64,000 nucleotides of DNA from an uncultured virus (IMG/VR IMGVR_UViG_2831345111_000004) (lineage: Duplodnaviria; Heunggongvirae; Uroviricota; Caudoviricetes): the IMG/VR virus record IMGVR_UViG_2831345111_000004. One strand, 5' to 3'. The position numbers were made by a program, and so were the translations under genes. Position 1 is the first letter of the stretch. Each line of letters opens with the position of its first letter. The notes under the pieces are model-generated. The model searched no databases, was not told the origin of the DNA, and saw only the letters and a list, made by a program, of their open reading frames with translations. Positions 49,293-58,725 of this stretch are shown here, in pieces.

Positions 49293-49676
49293 TTAACTGT
49301 CCTTCTTGGGCAGAGCCTTCAAGACCTGGTCGATGGTGCCGACGAATTCTTTCCCGTCAGCCTTTTTCTCGAGCAGAATGCATTTTGTCCCGCGGGCTTT
49401 CATCCCCTTGATGACAAAGACATCCTTACCCAGCGTGAGCTCAGTATTCAACGGAGGCAAACCGTAGAGCCCATGGCTCGCCTCATAAATCTGCGCTTCA
49501 CGCGACAGTCCGCCTTCCACAAGGCCCTCGAGCTTCAACGTGAAGGTCGTCTCCGTGTAGGAGGCGTGACCTGCAGAAATTTGAATGCCGTGCTTTTCAG
49601 CAACACCTTTCAAGGCCTCATTCACCTCCTCACGAAGAATCTTCAGGAAGGCCGGGGTAATCGTTTTGTTTGCCAT
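49293..49676 (-). CDS. Hypothetical protein
   Basis: GAGG RBS, CTATAC motif upstream. Confidence 0.85.
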   Translation of the reverse strand: MANKTITPAFLKILREEVNEALKGVAEKHGIQISAGHASYTETTFTLKLEGLVEGGLSREAQIYEASHGLYGLPPLNTELTLGKDVFVIKGMKARGTKCILLEKKADGKEFVGTIDQVLKALPKKDS

Positions 49677-49733
49677 AATATTTCCTCTTTAGCCGACAGG
49701 TTGTCGTAAAGAGGTATAGGCAATTTGCGCGGT

Positions 49734-50237
49734 TTAGGCCGCGATGCCAAACTTACGCAGGTGGGCCTGTTTGACCTCATGGTAGCCCCGGCCATGCGTG
49801 ATGATGAACAACTCACCATTCTCACGGGTCAGGATGGCGCCGCTCATCGAAGAGCGCCCCTTATCCTTAAAACGGGTCAAGAAACAATCACCCGCTACAT
49901 CTGAAAACATCCGGAGTGCTTTTACTAGCGTATCGGAACACTTAGGCGCGCCATTAGTGTGGAGCATGTAGCGGGTTTTTGAGTGACGGCGTAACGCCTT
50001 AAGCTCTTGCGAGGCCTGCAATCGCGACGGACGAGGCAATCCCTCTGCCCGCGGCAATTGATACCAGAATATGGCAGGAAACCGCACCTGGCCCAGTGCG
50101 TCACGGAAGAGATAGCCGCGCTTTACCAAGCTGACCTCACCATTCTGCCGCACCGTCACATACTTATTCCGGTCGTACGCCAGAATATCCACCAGCTCCA
50201 ACCCAAACCCCGTATCTAAATACCCAATCATGCTCAA
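49734..50237 (-). CDS. Basic hypothetical protein
   Basis: Follows recD2 directly. Confidence 0.75.
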   Translation of the reverse strand: MSMIGYLDTGFGLELVDILAYDRNKYVTVRQNGEVSLVKRGYLFRDALGQVRFPAIFWYQLPRAEGLPRPSRLQASQELKALRRHSKTRYMLHTNGAPKCSDTLVKALRMFSDVAGDCFLTRFKDKGRSSMSGAILTRENGELFIITHGRGYHEVKQAHLRKFGIAA

Positions 50238-50240
50238 TCC

Positions 50241-52409
50241 TTAAATATCTTCAGACACGTCGAATTGCGCCTGTATGGCTGCTTTCAACCGTGTTTGCCG
50301 GCGCACCGAATTCACATTCTCGACCGCCATCTTGAGTGCCTTCTTCTGTCCGACCAGCACCACCATCTTCTGCCCGCGCGTCACGCCGGTATACAGCAGC
50401 TTTCGCTCCAACAATGCGTAATGCTGGGTCGTAAATGCCATGACAATGGCCGGCGCCTGGCTCCCCTGGAGCTTGTGTACGGTCGCGGCGTAGGCGAGCT
50501 GCACCTGGTCGAGGTCGCTCACGTCGTAGACCACGCTCCGACCGCCGAAGTCGATAGTGATTTCGTCCTCGACGATGCTCTCGATATAGCCGACGTCGCC
50601 GTTGAAGACGTCCTTGGCCACATCGTTCTCGGTTTGCATCACTTTGTCGCCCACTTTGTATTTCGTGTCGAATCGCTCAACGAAGGGCTTGTCTCCGGGA
50701 TTCAGGATGGCCTGCAGCCGTTCATTGAGGTGCCGCACACCCGTCACCCCCTTGTTCATCGGGCTAATCACCTGAATATCGCGTTTGGCATCAATCCCCA
50801 GCCGCGCAGGGAGCCGAGTGCTCACCAGGTCCAACACCTGCGCCACAACCTGCTCCGGCTCGTCGCGCTCGACGAAATAGAAGTCACCGGGTCGGTCTTT
50901 GGTTGAGAATTCAGGCTCACCCCCGCGATTTATAGCATGGGCGCCCGTAATGATGTGGCTACCGGCCGCTTGGCGGAAAATTTTAGTCAACCGGCAAACA
51001 CGAATCGCGCCAGAGGCCATAATATCGCCCAACACGTTCCCAGGCCCGACCGATGGCAACTGGTCTTCATCGCCCACAAGGAGCACGCTGGCGCCGTCCG
51101 GCACTGCCTTCAGGAGGCCATGCATGAGGTGGACATCCACCATGGAGCACTCATCGACCACCAAGAGGTCGCAATCAAGGCGATTGGTCTCGTTGTAGGT
51201 AGCGCCACCACCTGGCTTGAAGCCCAGCAGGCGGTGTATGGTGCTGGCAACCCGTCCCGTCGTCTCCGACATGCGCTTGGCTGCCCGGCCGGTCGGGGCG
51301 CAGAGCAGCATCTTGGCTCCTGCCTCGGCATACATTTTGAGGATAGCGTTTTCCAGGCTGGTTTTACCACAGCCCGGCCCGCCGGTAATCACCATGAATT
51401 TTGCATATCCAGCGGACAACAGCGCAAGCTCCTGGTCTTCAGAGAGCTTCATCCCTAAACTTCCCTTGATGCGCTCATACAAGGCGCGGGAATCAAACGC
51501 GCGCATCCGGCGTGGCGCCTTCACCAGCCTAGCAATATTCTGGGCAATACCAGTTTCGGTCGCATACATCGCCGGGTGATACAGGACGGTGCGGCCACGG
51601 TCATCCTCTTCCGGCACCAATCTCCCCTCAGCCAGTTCACGGTCGACACCCGCACTCACGAGGTCTTCACTGACACCCAGCAGCTCACAGGCCGCTTCTA
51701 CGAGTTTTTTGCGTTGTAGCCCGCAGTGGCCATCATTAGTGGCTTCCCATAAGGCATGGCCAATGCCGGCGTCGATGCGCTCACGCGAATCCATCCCCCA
51801 TCCGAGATTTTGGGCAATCTGGTCAGCGGAAAGGAAGCCAATGCCGCGAACATCATGGGCAAGACCATATGGATTGGTGCGGACCTTGGTCACAGCGTCG
51901 TCGCCATAGGTCTTATAGATACGCGTAGCGCGCGAGGTCGAGACTCCGTTGGTGTGCAAGAACAGCATAATGTCCTTGATGACCTTTTGCGAGGCCCAAC
52001 TCTCAGCAATGATGCGCATACGGCCTTCACCGATTCCACGCACCTTAAGCAGTTCTGCCGGTGAATGCTCGATGACTTCCAACACCCGCTCACCAAACAC
52101 ATCCACCATGCGCTTGGCGTAAGCCGGACCAATTCCCTTGACCATGCCGCTACCAAGGTAGCGTTCGATGCCCTCGACGCTCGAGGGCGGCGTCAGGCGG
52201 ACCGTTTCTGCCTTGAATTGGCGACCGTAGGATTTGTCGTTGAACCATTGCCCCGCAGCGGTGAGATACTCACCTGGCTTTACGATAGGCGCATGGCCCG
52301 TAACCGGAACAAGCCCCTTATGTAACGGAGCTTTCACCTGCAATACGCAGAATCCACTTTCCTCATTATGGAACGTGACGCGCTCCACCAGGCCGGAGAG
52401 TTCCTCCAT
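50241..52409 (-). CDS. recD2: RecD2 (RecD/TraA-family) helicase
   Basis: VERVTFHN..SGF, HhH (KGIG, GIGFLSADQIA), TGGPGCGKT, APTGRAA, DECSM, IFRQ, AYAATVHKLQGS, LLYTGVTR. Confidence 0.97.
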   Translation of the reverse strand: MEELSGLVERVTFHNEESGFCVLQVKAPLHKGLVPVTGHAPIVKPGEYLTAAGQWFNDKSYGRQFKAETVRLTPPSSVEGIERYLGSGMVKGIGPAYAKRMVDVFGERVLEVIEHSPAELLKVRGIGEGRMRIIAESWASQKVIKDIMLFLHTNGVSTSRATRIYKTYGDDAVTKVRTNPYGLAHDVRGIGFLSADQIAQNLGWGMDSRERIDAGIGHALWEATNDGHCGLQRKKLVEAACELLGVSEDLVSAGVDRELAEGRLVPEEDDRGRTVLYHPAMYATETGIAQNIARLVKAPRRMRAFDSRALYERIKGSLGMKLSEDQELALLSAGYAKFMVITGGPGCGKTSLENAILKMYAEAGAKMLLCAPTGRAAKRMSETTGRVASTIHRLLGFKPGGGATYNETNRLDCDLLVVDECSMVDVHLMHGLLKAVPDGASVLLVGDEDQLPSVGPGNVLGDIMASGAIRVCRLTKIFRQAAGSHIITGAHAINRGGEPEFSTKDRPGDFYFVERDEPEQVVAQVLDLVSTRLPARLGIDAKRDIQVISPMNKGVTGVRHLNERLQAILNPGDKPFVERFDTKYKVGDKVMQTENDVAKDVFNGDVGYIESIVEDEITIDFGGRSVVYDVSDLDQVQLAYAATVHKLQGSQAPAIVMAFTTQHYALLERKLLYTGVTRGQKMVVLVGQKKALKMAVENVNSVRRQTRLKAAIQAQFDVSEDI

Positions 52410-52472
52410 GATGCCTCACTTTACTTTTTGGATGTTAACATATAACCACAAATATCGTTTGTTGTCAAGTAA

Positions 52473-52964
52473 TTACCAAACTTGAAAACGAATGTTAACA
52501 GCGTGAGACATCGGTTCAACAGACTTAACTTTCCGGCCCAGCCAATTCTGGGACTCATACAGCTTGACCGGCTTCATCCTTGGGAGGACATAATTATTGA
52601 GTAAACCCTTGAGGCGTTCTGCATAAGCCGGCTTCAATCCGGCGACATCCAAACTGAATAGCTGGAAGCCATCTGCCATCAATGACGCCGTTTCTGGAGA
52701 CCAGCGTGGTGTGGCTTCTGCGCAGAAGTGTCCAGTCAGGTCCACAAACTGCGGCTGGGCATCCATGCACACCAGCACCCGTCCGGGCATAAGCTCGATG
52801 ACGGGATGGCTTAGGTCGACACCTTTAACAGTGCGCGGGAAGCTGCCTGCAGCAACCTTGTTGACCGTTGCCTCGGACAGCTGTGGGTTTAGCTCCAGTG
52901 CGTGGCTAGGACTTGCCGATAGGCCGAGCAGGAGCGCAAGCCCAGCGCCCAGGCTAACGGCCAT
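52473..52964 (-). CDS. Secreted hypothetical protein
   Basis: Signal peptide (…SHA|L). Confidence 0.7.
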   Translation of the reverse strand: MAVSLGAGLALLLGLSASPSHALELNPQLSEATVNKVAAGSFPRTVKGVDLSHPVIELMPGRVLVCMDAQPQFVDLTGHFCAEATPRWSPETASLMADGFQLFSLDVAGLKPAYAERLKGLLNNYVLPRMKPVKLYESQNWLGRKVKSVEPMSHAVNIRFQVW

Positions 52965-53208
52965 GTCGCTTATCCAACGCCCTTTCGAAAAAGGAGGCCA
53001 CAAACAGGATGCTCACGACGGCCATGAAAATCACGACATGAAGCCCGTGCTCCCCGGTTTCCGGCGTCACATTGAGCGCGCGAAAGACTTCGGGTTGATG
53101 CATCAGGATGGTTCTAACAGTGAACAAGACGGTCAGCCAGCGCACCGCGTAAAACACGTCATAAGCCCAGATACGACGGGGCGGTTGGGGCAGCGTAGAT
53201 TCAGTCAT
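52954..53208 (-). CDS. Small membrane protein
   Basis: Two TM segments; follows ruvB. Confidence 0.7.
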   Translation of the reverse strand: MTESTLPQPPRRIWAYDVFYAVRWLTVLFTVRTILMHQPEVFRALNVTPETGEHGLHVVIFMAVVSILFVASFFERALDKRHGR

Positions 53209-53216
53209 AGCAGTCT

Positions 53217-54233
53217 CTAGTGAGGAGTTTTGAGATGTGCACGGCCCAAGTCGGTCAACTGTCGACCGCGTGGTGTGCGCTGGATAAAACCTTGTTGCAA
53301 CAGGAAAGGCTCCATGGCGTCCTCGAGCGTGGCCACATCCTCAGAGAGAGCGGCCGCCAAGGTTTCGATGCCTACTGGACCACCCTTGTAGAAATCCTCC
53401 ATGGCACGCAGGAGCCGAATGTCCGCATCATCGAGGCCGGCCCCGTCCACGCCCAGCATTGAGAGGGCACGACATGCTGTTTCCTTATGAATGCCTGCAG
53501 GCAAGTCCTCGCGCGCTTCCGCATAATCTCGAACCCGGCGCAGAAGACGATTCGCAATTCGGGGCGTCCCGCGGGAACGGCGAGCAATCTCATAGGCGCC
53601 GTTATCAGTAATCATGGTATTCAGCAGCATGGCAGTGCGAGACACAATCTTCTGCAAGTCATCAGCTGCGTAGTATTCGAGGCGGCAGGTAATACCGAAC
53701 CGGTCGCGTAAAGGGGCCGTCAAGGCCCCGGCGCGCGTCGTAGCGCCCACCAGCGTAAATGGGGGAAGGGGAACCTGCACCGACTTAGCGGCGGAGCCTT
53801 CTCCAACCAGAATGTCGAGCATGTAATCCTCCATGGCGGGATAGAGGATTTCCTCAACCAATGGCGAGAGCCGGTGAATCTCGTCAATGAACAGAACGTC
53901 ATTGGGCTGGAGCTGGGTCAGAATGGCGGCAAGGTCACCGGGCTTCTCAATAATCGGGCCGGAGGTTACACGGATTGCCGCGCCCATCTCGGCGGCAATA
54001 ATCTGGGCCAGCGTCGTCTTGCCTAAGCCCGGCGGCCCATACAACAACACATGGTCAAGCGCCTCTCCGCGCCGCTTCGCTGCCGTCAGGAAAATCTCAA
54101 GCTGCTCACGAACCCGAGGTTGCCCCTCATATTCAGACAGCGTCTGCGGGCGAAGCGCGCGCTCAACACCCGACTCTCCGGACAATTCCGTAGATTCCAG
54201 AACTTTTGATGTAATAGACTCTTGAGATTCCAT
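53217..54233 (-). CDS. ruvB: Holliday junction branch migration ATPase RuvB
   Basis: [58 protein letters not shown]. Confidence 0.98.
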   Translation of the reverse strand: MESQESITSKVLESTELSGESGVERALRPQTLSEYEGQPRVREQLEIFLTAAKRRGEALDHVLLYGPPGLGKTTLAQIIAAEMGAAIRVTSGPIIEKPGDLAAILTQLQPNDVLFIDEIHRLSPLVEEILYPAMEDYMLDILVGEGSAAKSVQVPLPPFTLVGATTRAGALTAPLRDRFGITCRLEYYAADDLQKIVSRTAMLLNTMITDNGAYEIARRSRGTPRIANRLLRRVRDYAEAREDLPAGIHKETACRALSMLGVDGAGLDDADIRLLRAMEDFYKGGPVGIETLAAALSEDVATLEDAMEPFLLQQGFIQRTPRGRQLTDLGRAHLKTPH

Positions 54234-54290
54234 AGACTCCGCCACCAGACTCGCTGGAAACGATTTTCCATTCAATTTTTGATTGTTTTA

Positions 54291-54365
54291 AGTATAACCA
54301 AGAATGGTATTTTCGTCAATTATAATCTTGTATTACTTGACAATTTATGAACAAATGAGTATGCT
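54291..54365. promoter_or_regulatory. Divergent sigma70 promoters
   Basis: Minus TTGACG-17-TATACT (54291-54319); plus TTGACA-17-TATGCT (54337-54365). Confidence 0.8.
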
Positions 54366-54401
54366 AAGTGTCCCCGCACAAACAGCCGAATCACGACTGC
54401 T

Positions 54402-54605
54402 ATGTCCAACGAATTTACCAATGATGAAGGAAAGGCGATTCGCCGCCTTAAGTCTGCTCTGTCTAAAATGCCATCCACACTCAAGGTGTATGTGGTGGAT
54501 GATTCCGTCTTTGTTTGCAAAGTCGGCGTGTCGAGCTTTGAACTTGCGGAATTTGCAGGCACCATAGAAACGCCTTGCAGCGTGCTGTCGGATGTTCATC
54601 CTTAG
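54402..54605 (+). CDS. Small hypothetical protein (apparent paralog of 11398..11664)
   Basis: 67 aa downstream of promoter 54337. Confidence 0.7.
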   Translation: MSNEFTNDEGKAIRRLKSALSKMPSTLKVYVVDDSVFVCKVGVSSFELAEFAGTIETPCSVLSDVHP

Positions 54606-54650
54606 CCCGCCTGGCTGATTGCCCTGCGTCAATCCAGGTGACTTTCGAAG

Positions 54651-54899
54651 ATGTCTACTTCAAATCACAAGTGTGGCGTTTGTGATGCCCGCGAGAGTGA
54701 GGTGGATAGGCTCGTCAAGCTCGGCAGGATGGGGCATATTTGCCTCACCTGCCTGGAGCTTGTAGCGGAGATGGCCCTGGATAGACCGATGACGAGAAGC
54801 GGAGACTTGCTCTCACTAACCTCTCAACAATACCCGCCGGAAACCGAAAACGTCGTCCCAATCAGGCCGCCGTTCCGGTGGTTGTCAAAAGATGATTAA
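54651..54899 (+). CDS. Stand-alone ClpX C4-type zinc-finger protein
   Basis: CGVCDARESEVDRLV......ICLTCLELVAEM. Confidence 0.8.
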   Translation: MSTSNHKCGVCDARESEVDRLVKLGRMGHICLTCLELVAEMALDRPMTRSGDLLSLTSQQYPPETENVVPIRPPFRWLSKDD

Positions 54900-55528
54900 A
54901 TAAGAACCAGCCTGTTCGTCAGCGCATACCGCATGATGTCCATGCTTGTCTTAAGCTTAAGTTTCTGCAAAATCCGACTTCTGTAAGTAGAGATAGTGTT
55001 TACATTACAGCCAATATTTTCTGCAATCTGTTTTGGCGTCTTACCGTTTGCGATGTGGCACATCACCTGATATTCACGGTCAGACAAGGACTCATGCGGG
55101 TGTGCTGGCGCATTCGATACCAAGGTGCCTGCCAGCACGTCAGCGAACTCTGCGCTGACATAGCGCCCGCCCGCCATGACGCGTTTGGCCGCACTGACCA
55201 GCTCATCCGGCGAACAACCCTTATTGACGAGGCCATTCCCGCCTGCCTTGAAAACCCTAGGTCCAACAGTTGAGTCAGGTAACATGCTATGGACCAAAAC
55301 CGGGCCTGAGATACCCATTCCGCGAATATCTGTAAGCATTTCCAGGCCATTTCTATCAGGAAGATGAATATCAAGAACGGCTAAATCCCATGTCTTGGTA
55401 TATAACAGCTTTTCACCTTCGGCAGCAGTTCCCGCCTCCGCAACTACACTCCAGCCCTGCGCTTGAAACAACTGACCAATCCCATTACGAAGCATTGGAT
55501 GGTCATCAATAATTATTATGTTCGACAT
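54896..55528 (-). CDS. NarL/UvrY-family response regulator
   Basis: DDHP, LAVLD, LSDRE...IANG, NTISTYRSR (LuxR HTH). Confidence 0.95.
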   Translation of the reverse strand: MSNIIIIDDHPMLRNGIGQLFQAQGWSVVAEAGTAAEGEKLLYTKTWDLAVLDIHLPDRNGLEMLTDIRGMGISGPVLVHSMLPDSTVGPRVFKAGGNGLVNKGCSPDELVSAAKRVMAGGRYVSAEFADVLAGTLVSNAPAHPHESLSDREYQVMCHIANGKTPKQIAENIGCNVNTISTYRSRILQKLKLKTSMDIMRYALTNRLVLI

Positions 55529-55550
55529 ACCATTTTCCACTTATATAACG

Positions 55551-56690
55551 CTATGAAATCACCCGTTGTACTGGGAGAACCAATGAAATTGAACTACCTT
55601 TGATGTCTGGCCTGGTCAGCAACTTCACTGCCCCGCCATACATCGCGGCACGCTCAAAAAATCCACGTAAGCCAAGGCTCTTCCCGACGCCCCCCTGATT
55701 GACTTGCGCAACTACAGATGCCGGAAACCCGACACCGTTATCCGTCACCTCCAACTTATAGTCATTATTGAGTAGTTGAAGGCGAACAAAGAAACTACTT
55801 GCCTTGGAGTGCTTGGCCAAATTGGTCAATAACTCCTGCAAACTTCTATAAAGCTGCAGCGCCATGTCCGGCTCAGGGTCCGTCCATTCACCACACACTT
55901 CAATGTTTCCGCGGATTCCAATACGTTTACAAAATTCAATGACAAGATTGCTCGATGCTGCTGCCAACCCTTGCGTCCGCAACACATCGGGCTTCAACTC
56001 ATAAGCAATGCGTTTGGCTGATACCATGACCGCATCCACCTGCTTCATCAGGCTGCTCACCTGCGAGGTAATATTAGACGGGATGTTGACTGAAGAGGCA
56101 GACACTTCGCTTTGCAATCGATGTATGGCCAACTTCAGCACCGTGATTTCCTGGCCCAGGTGGTCATGAATATTTCTCGCCACCTCCGCACGCTCTTCTT
56201 CCCGAATAAACTGGAATTCCGTTGCAAGCTTTCGTAGCTGGGTCTGGCAGTTTTCGGTTTGCTGCCTATCTTCAAGACTAATATTGGCGGCAATCCCGCC
56301 GACCTGCAGCTCATCCCCCTGGACAGGAAACAACATCAAGCACCAGATATTGCCGTTCTTGTCGTCGATTTCAACAACGTCCGGCTCCTGGCTGGCCACA
56401 ACCTTTCGGTGGCTGGCGCGCATTTGCAACGCCAGGTCAGGATTCAAGGATTTGGCACAGGAGTTCCCGAGCTCAGAACATTTTTGGGCATCACAGGTGG
56501 AAGGGCATTGCTGAAGCTTGCTGTATTGCCTGTTTCGCAGAAGGACCGTGCCGCTTCGGTCCATCAGCCATGCCGGCATGGGGATAGACCAGAGGTAGCG
56601 CATCACGCCGTTTGGGATTTCCGGATTTACGGTAGCACGCCCCTGATTCCGGCTTTGAGCCATCGTTGATGTGGTTACTGCGACTTCCAT
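55551..56690 (-). CDS. Cytoplasmic PAS + HisKA_3 histidine kinase
   Basis: EERAEVARNIHDHLGQ, QELLTNLAKHS, DNGVGF, GL.G..ER. Confidence 0.93.
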   Translation of the reverse strand: MEVAVTTSTMAQSRNQGRATVNPEIPNGVMRYLWSIPMPAWLMDRSGTVLLRNRQYSKLQQCPSTCDAQKCSELGNSCAKSLNPDLALQMRASHRKVVASQEPDVVEIDDKNGNIWCLMLFPVQGDELQVGGIAANISLEDRQQTENCQTQLRKLATEFQFIREEERAEVARNIHDHLGQEITVLKLAIHRLQSEVSASSVNIPSNITSQVSSLMKQVDAVMVSAKRIAYELKPDVLRTQGLAAASSNLVIEFCKRIGIRGNIEVCGEWTDPEPDMALQLYRSLQELLTNLAKHSKASSFFVRLQLLNNDYKLEVTDNGVGFPASVVAQVNQGGVGKSLGLRGFFERAAMYGGAVKLLTRPDIKGSSISLVLPVQRVIS

Positions 56691-57007
56691 CGAATCTCTT
56701 CCTAGGACTTGGCTAAGCTATCACATGCCTTAATCCGAACACCGTCCATAATTAGTTCGCGGCCATACTAACAGAGACGAAAGATTCAGGATAGAGATAT
56801 CTTCAAATGCAAAAACTGCCTGACGCCCAGCTTTAAATTCGTTCGCAACCACAGCCATAATTCCTATTTTTAATTGTTTCTAATTTGTAACAAGAGGGCA
56901 GCAAGTCTACTCCAACCAAAAAAATTTTGGCAACTAGAAGTTAGCGAATCGGGCTGCGAGCCCCTATACATCTAATATCCAGTCATTTTTTTAGATATGT
57001 AATTCGC

Positions 57008-57397
57008 ATGAACAAACCCCATTACAACCCTGCGCATGAGCGCCGAGGATTCCCTCGATATCATGTGCCTCATCGACTGGAGGCATTCCTACGCATGCCC
57101 GGCGGAAAGGTTGTTGCTCGCGTTGTAGATGTGAGTGAAGGAGGTTTTGGGGTATTGGCGCACAGTCAGGAAGTGAAACACTTATCCGTCGGGACTTGCC
57201 AGGAGATTGCCCTCAAATATGGGGACTTGCAGCTTGAGGAGCGGATGGAGGTTCGTACGGTTGAATCCGGGCCAGAAGGATTTCGCCTTGGGTTACAGCT
57301 CAACTCCCCCGCAAGCAGTAGCCTGGACGTCGTATCCAAAATACTGACTTACCTGCGTCTGCACGAGGAGTTCGTACGGACGCATGCACACATCTAA
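57008..57397 (+). CDS. PilZ-domain protein
   Basis: ERRGFPR (RxxxR) and DVSEGG (DxSxxG). Confidence 0.9.
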   Translation: MNKPHYNPAHERRGFPRYHVPHRLEAFLRMPGGKVVARVVDVSEGGFGVLAHSQEVKHLSVGTCQEIALKYGDLQLEERMEVRTVESGPEGFRLGLQLNSPASSSLDVVSKILTYLRLHEEFVRTHAHI

Positions 57398-57975
57398 CGT
57401 TTTAAGCGGGAGCGTTCTCGGGTAAAGGTGTGCCGAGCTTCCTGTTGCAGCGCTGGATGCCCTTTTACCAAGCCTTTAACGAGCGCTTCATGGTCAGGTA
57501 GGTAGACTTTGGCGAGCCTGAGGTCAGCATGCACAATGCCATCCAGGCTATCGATGATATCCGCCAGCTTTATGTCATGCACCCTGGGTTCGGCCGCTAT
57601 CAAGCGCTCGCGATAGAGGCGCTTTCTTTCTGCCCGAGGCACACCGGCCAGTGCCGGCCCCTCGGTTAGGGGGAGCACGAGGGACAGTACCTCTTCGCCA
57701 TACTGTCGGCGCAACATCGAGGCGGACATCCCGGCATTCATATCGAGCGCGCTATGAAAGAGCGCCGCAATAAGCGTGGGCTCATCCGCCCCAATGTTCA
57801 GCAGTCGCATAGCGACGCCGTAGGGATGCGTTACATAGGGAAGTTCGGTGTATCGACGATACTGGCTGGCATACAACTCGGCTGCGTCCTGGACGGCCAA
57901 CTGCACTTTACTGGAGGCGTGCGTACGCAGCGCCTCGGGAGGGAAAACTTTAATAGTAGACTCCAAACTCGTCAT
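57394..57975 (-). CDS. HD-domain (Mesh1/SpoT-hydrolase-like) protein with degenerate HD
   Basis: PYVTHP..VA, AALFHS, LTE, IKLAD. Confidence 0.8.
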   Translation of the reverse strand: MTSLESTIKVFPPEALRTHASSKVQLAVQDAAELYASQYRRYTELPYVTHPYGVAMRLLNIGADEPTLIAALFHSALDMNAGMSASMLRRQYGEEVLSLVLPLTEGPALAGVPRAERKRLYRERLIAAEPRVHDIKLADIIDSLDGIVHADLRLAKVYLPDHEALVKGLVKGHPALQQEARHTFTRERSRLKR

Positions 57976-58243
57976 CCTTCACGCCGCACTCCTTGCACTG
58001 GTCAAAGAGCAGCGTCGTGCCATCCTCTTCCATATCCCCGGTCTTGAGATACGAACACCAGCCGTTACATTGGCCAGGGGCATCCGATTTCAGGGACCAG
58101 AACGGACAAAGGCCTGTCTGCCGTTCAACACCATCTGCGCCGACTTCCCATCCCCGCACAGTGCCCTGCTTGTAACAGTACTGCCCCACGGGAATGAGCG
58201 TTTCAGCCTTGATAATTGGGATGACCTTAGACATGAGACTCAA
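57950..58243 (-). CDS. Cys-rich hypothetical protein
   Basis: IPVGQYCY...CPFW...C..L...LFDQCKECG. Confidence 0.75.
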   Translation of the reverse strand: MSLMSKVIPIIKAETLIPVGQYCYKQGTVRGWEVGADGVERQTGLCPFWSLKSDAPGQCNGWCSYLKTGDMEEDGTTLLFDQCKECGVKDDEFGVYY

Positions 58244-58254
58244 CCTTTCTAGTG

Positions 58255-58662
58255 CTACTTCGCGACCATGACACGACCACTGACCCCTATGGCCTTTGCG
58301 GCCTGAGCAATAGGTGTCTGGGTATCCTGACGAATGAACGTGTCGGTCTCATAGGGGTTGTACCGGACTGGCAGCCAATCTGCGAGCGGGATATCACCCG
58401 CCATCTCGACAGCCGTCACCTCCCCGCGCACTACGGCATGCACCAGCTTACGGCGGGTAGCCCGCACCTTTTCTCGCCCCGCGGCTGAGACCTTGAAGGT
58501 CACGTCCTTGAGCTCGATGTGCTGCACATGCGCAAGCACGCGGCCGCGATTGGGACCCGCGGCAACTCGAACAGAGAATGTTCCATGGGGTTTGTGCAAG
58601 TTGCGGTAGATTTCCACCTCCTGCCCCACCAGGGATTGCACATCAGCGACCAGATACGTCAT
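58255..58662 (-). CDS. Phage-like hypothetical protein
   Basis: YRNLHK...FSV...AGREKV...VHA...YNPY; GGAG RBS. Confidence 0.8.
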   Translation of the reverse strand: MTYLVADVQSLVGQEVEIYRNLHKPHGTFSVRVAAGPNRGRVLAHVQHIELKDVTFKVSAAGREKVRATRRKLVHAVVRGEVTAVEMAGDIPLADWLPVRYNPYETDTFIRQDTQTPIAQAAKAIGVSGRVMVAK

Positions 58663-58725
58663 GGAGACTCCATGAGAAAGGGCTCGAAGTTTCCGAGCCC
58701 TTTTATTCAAGCAACGACAGCCAGG

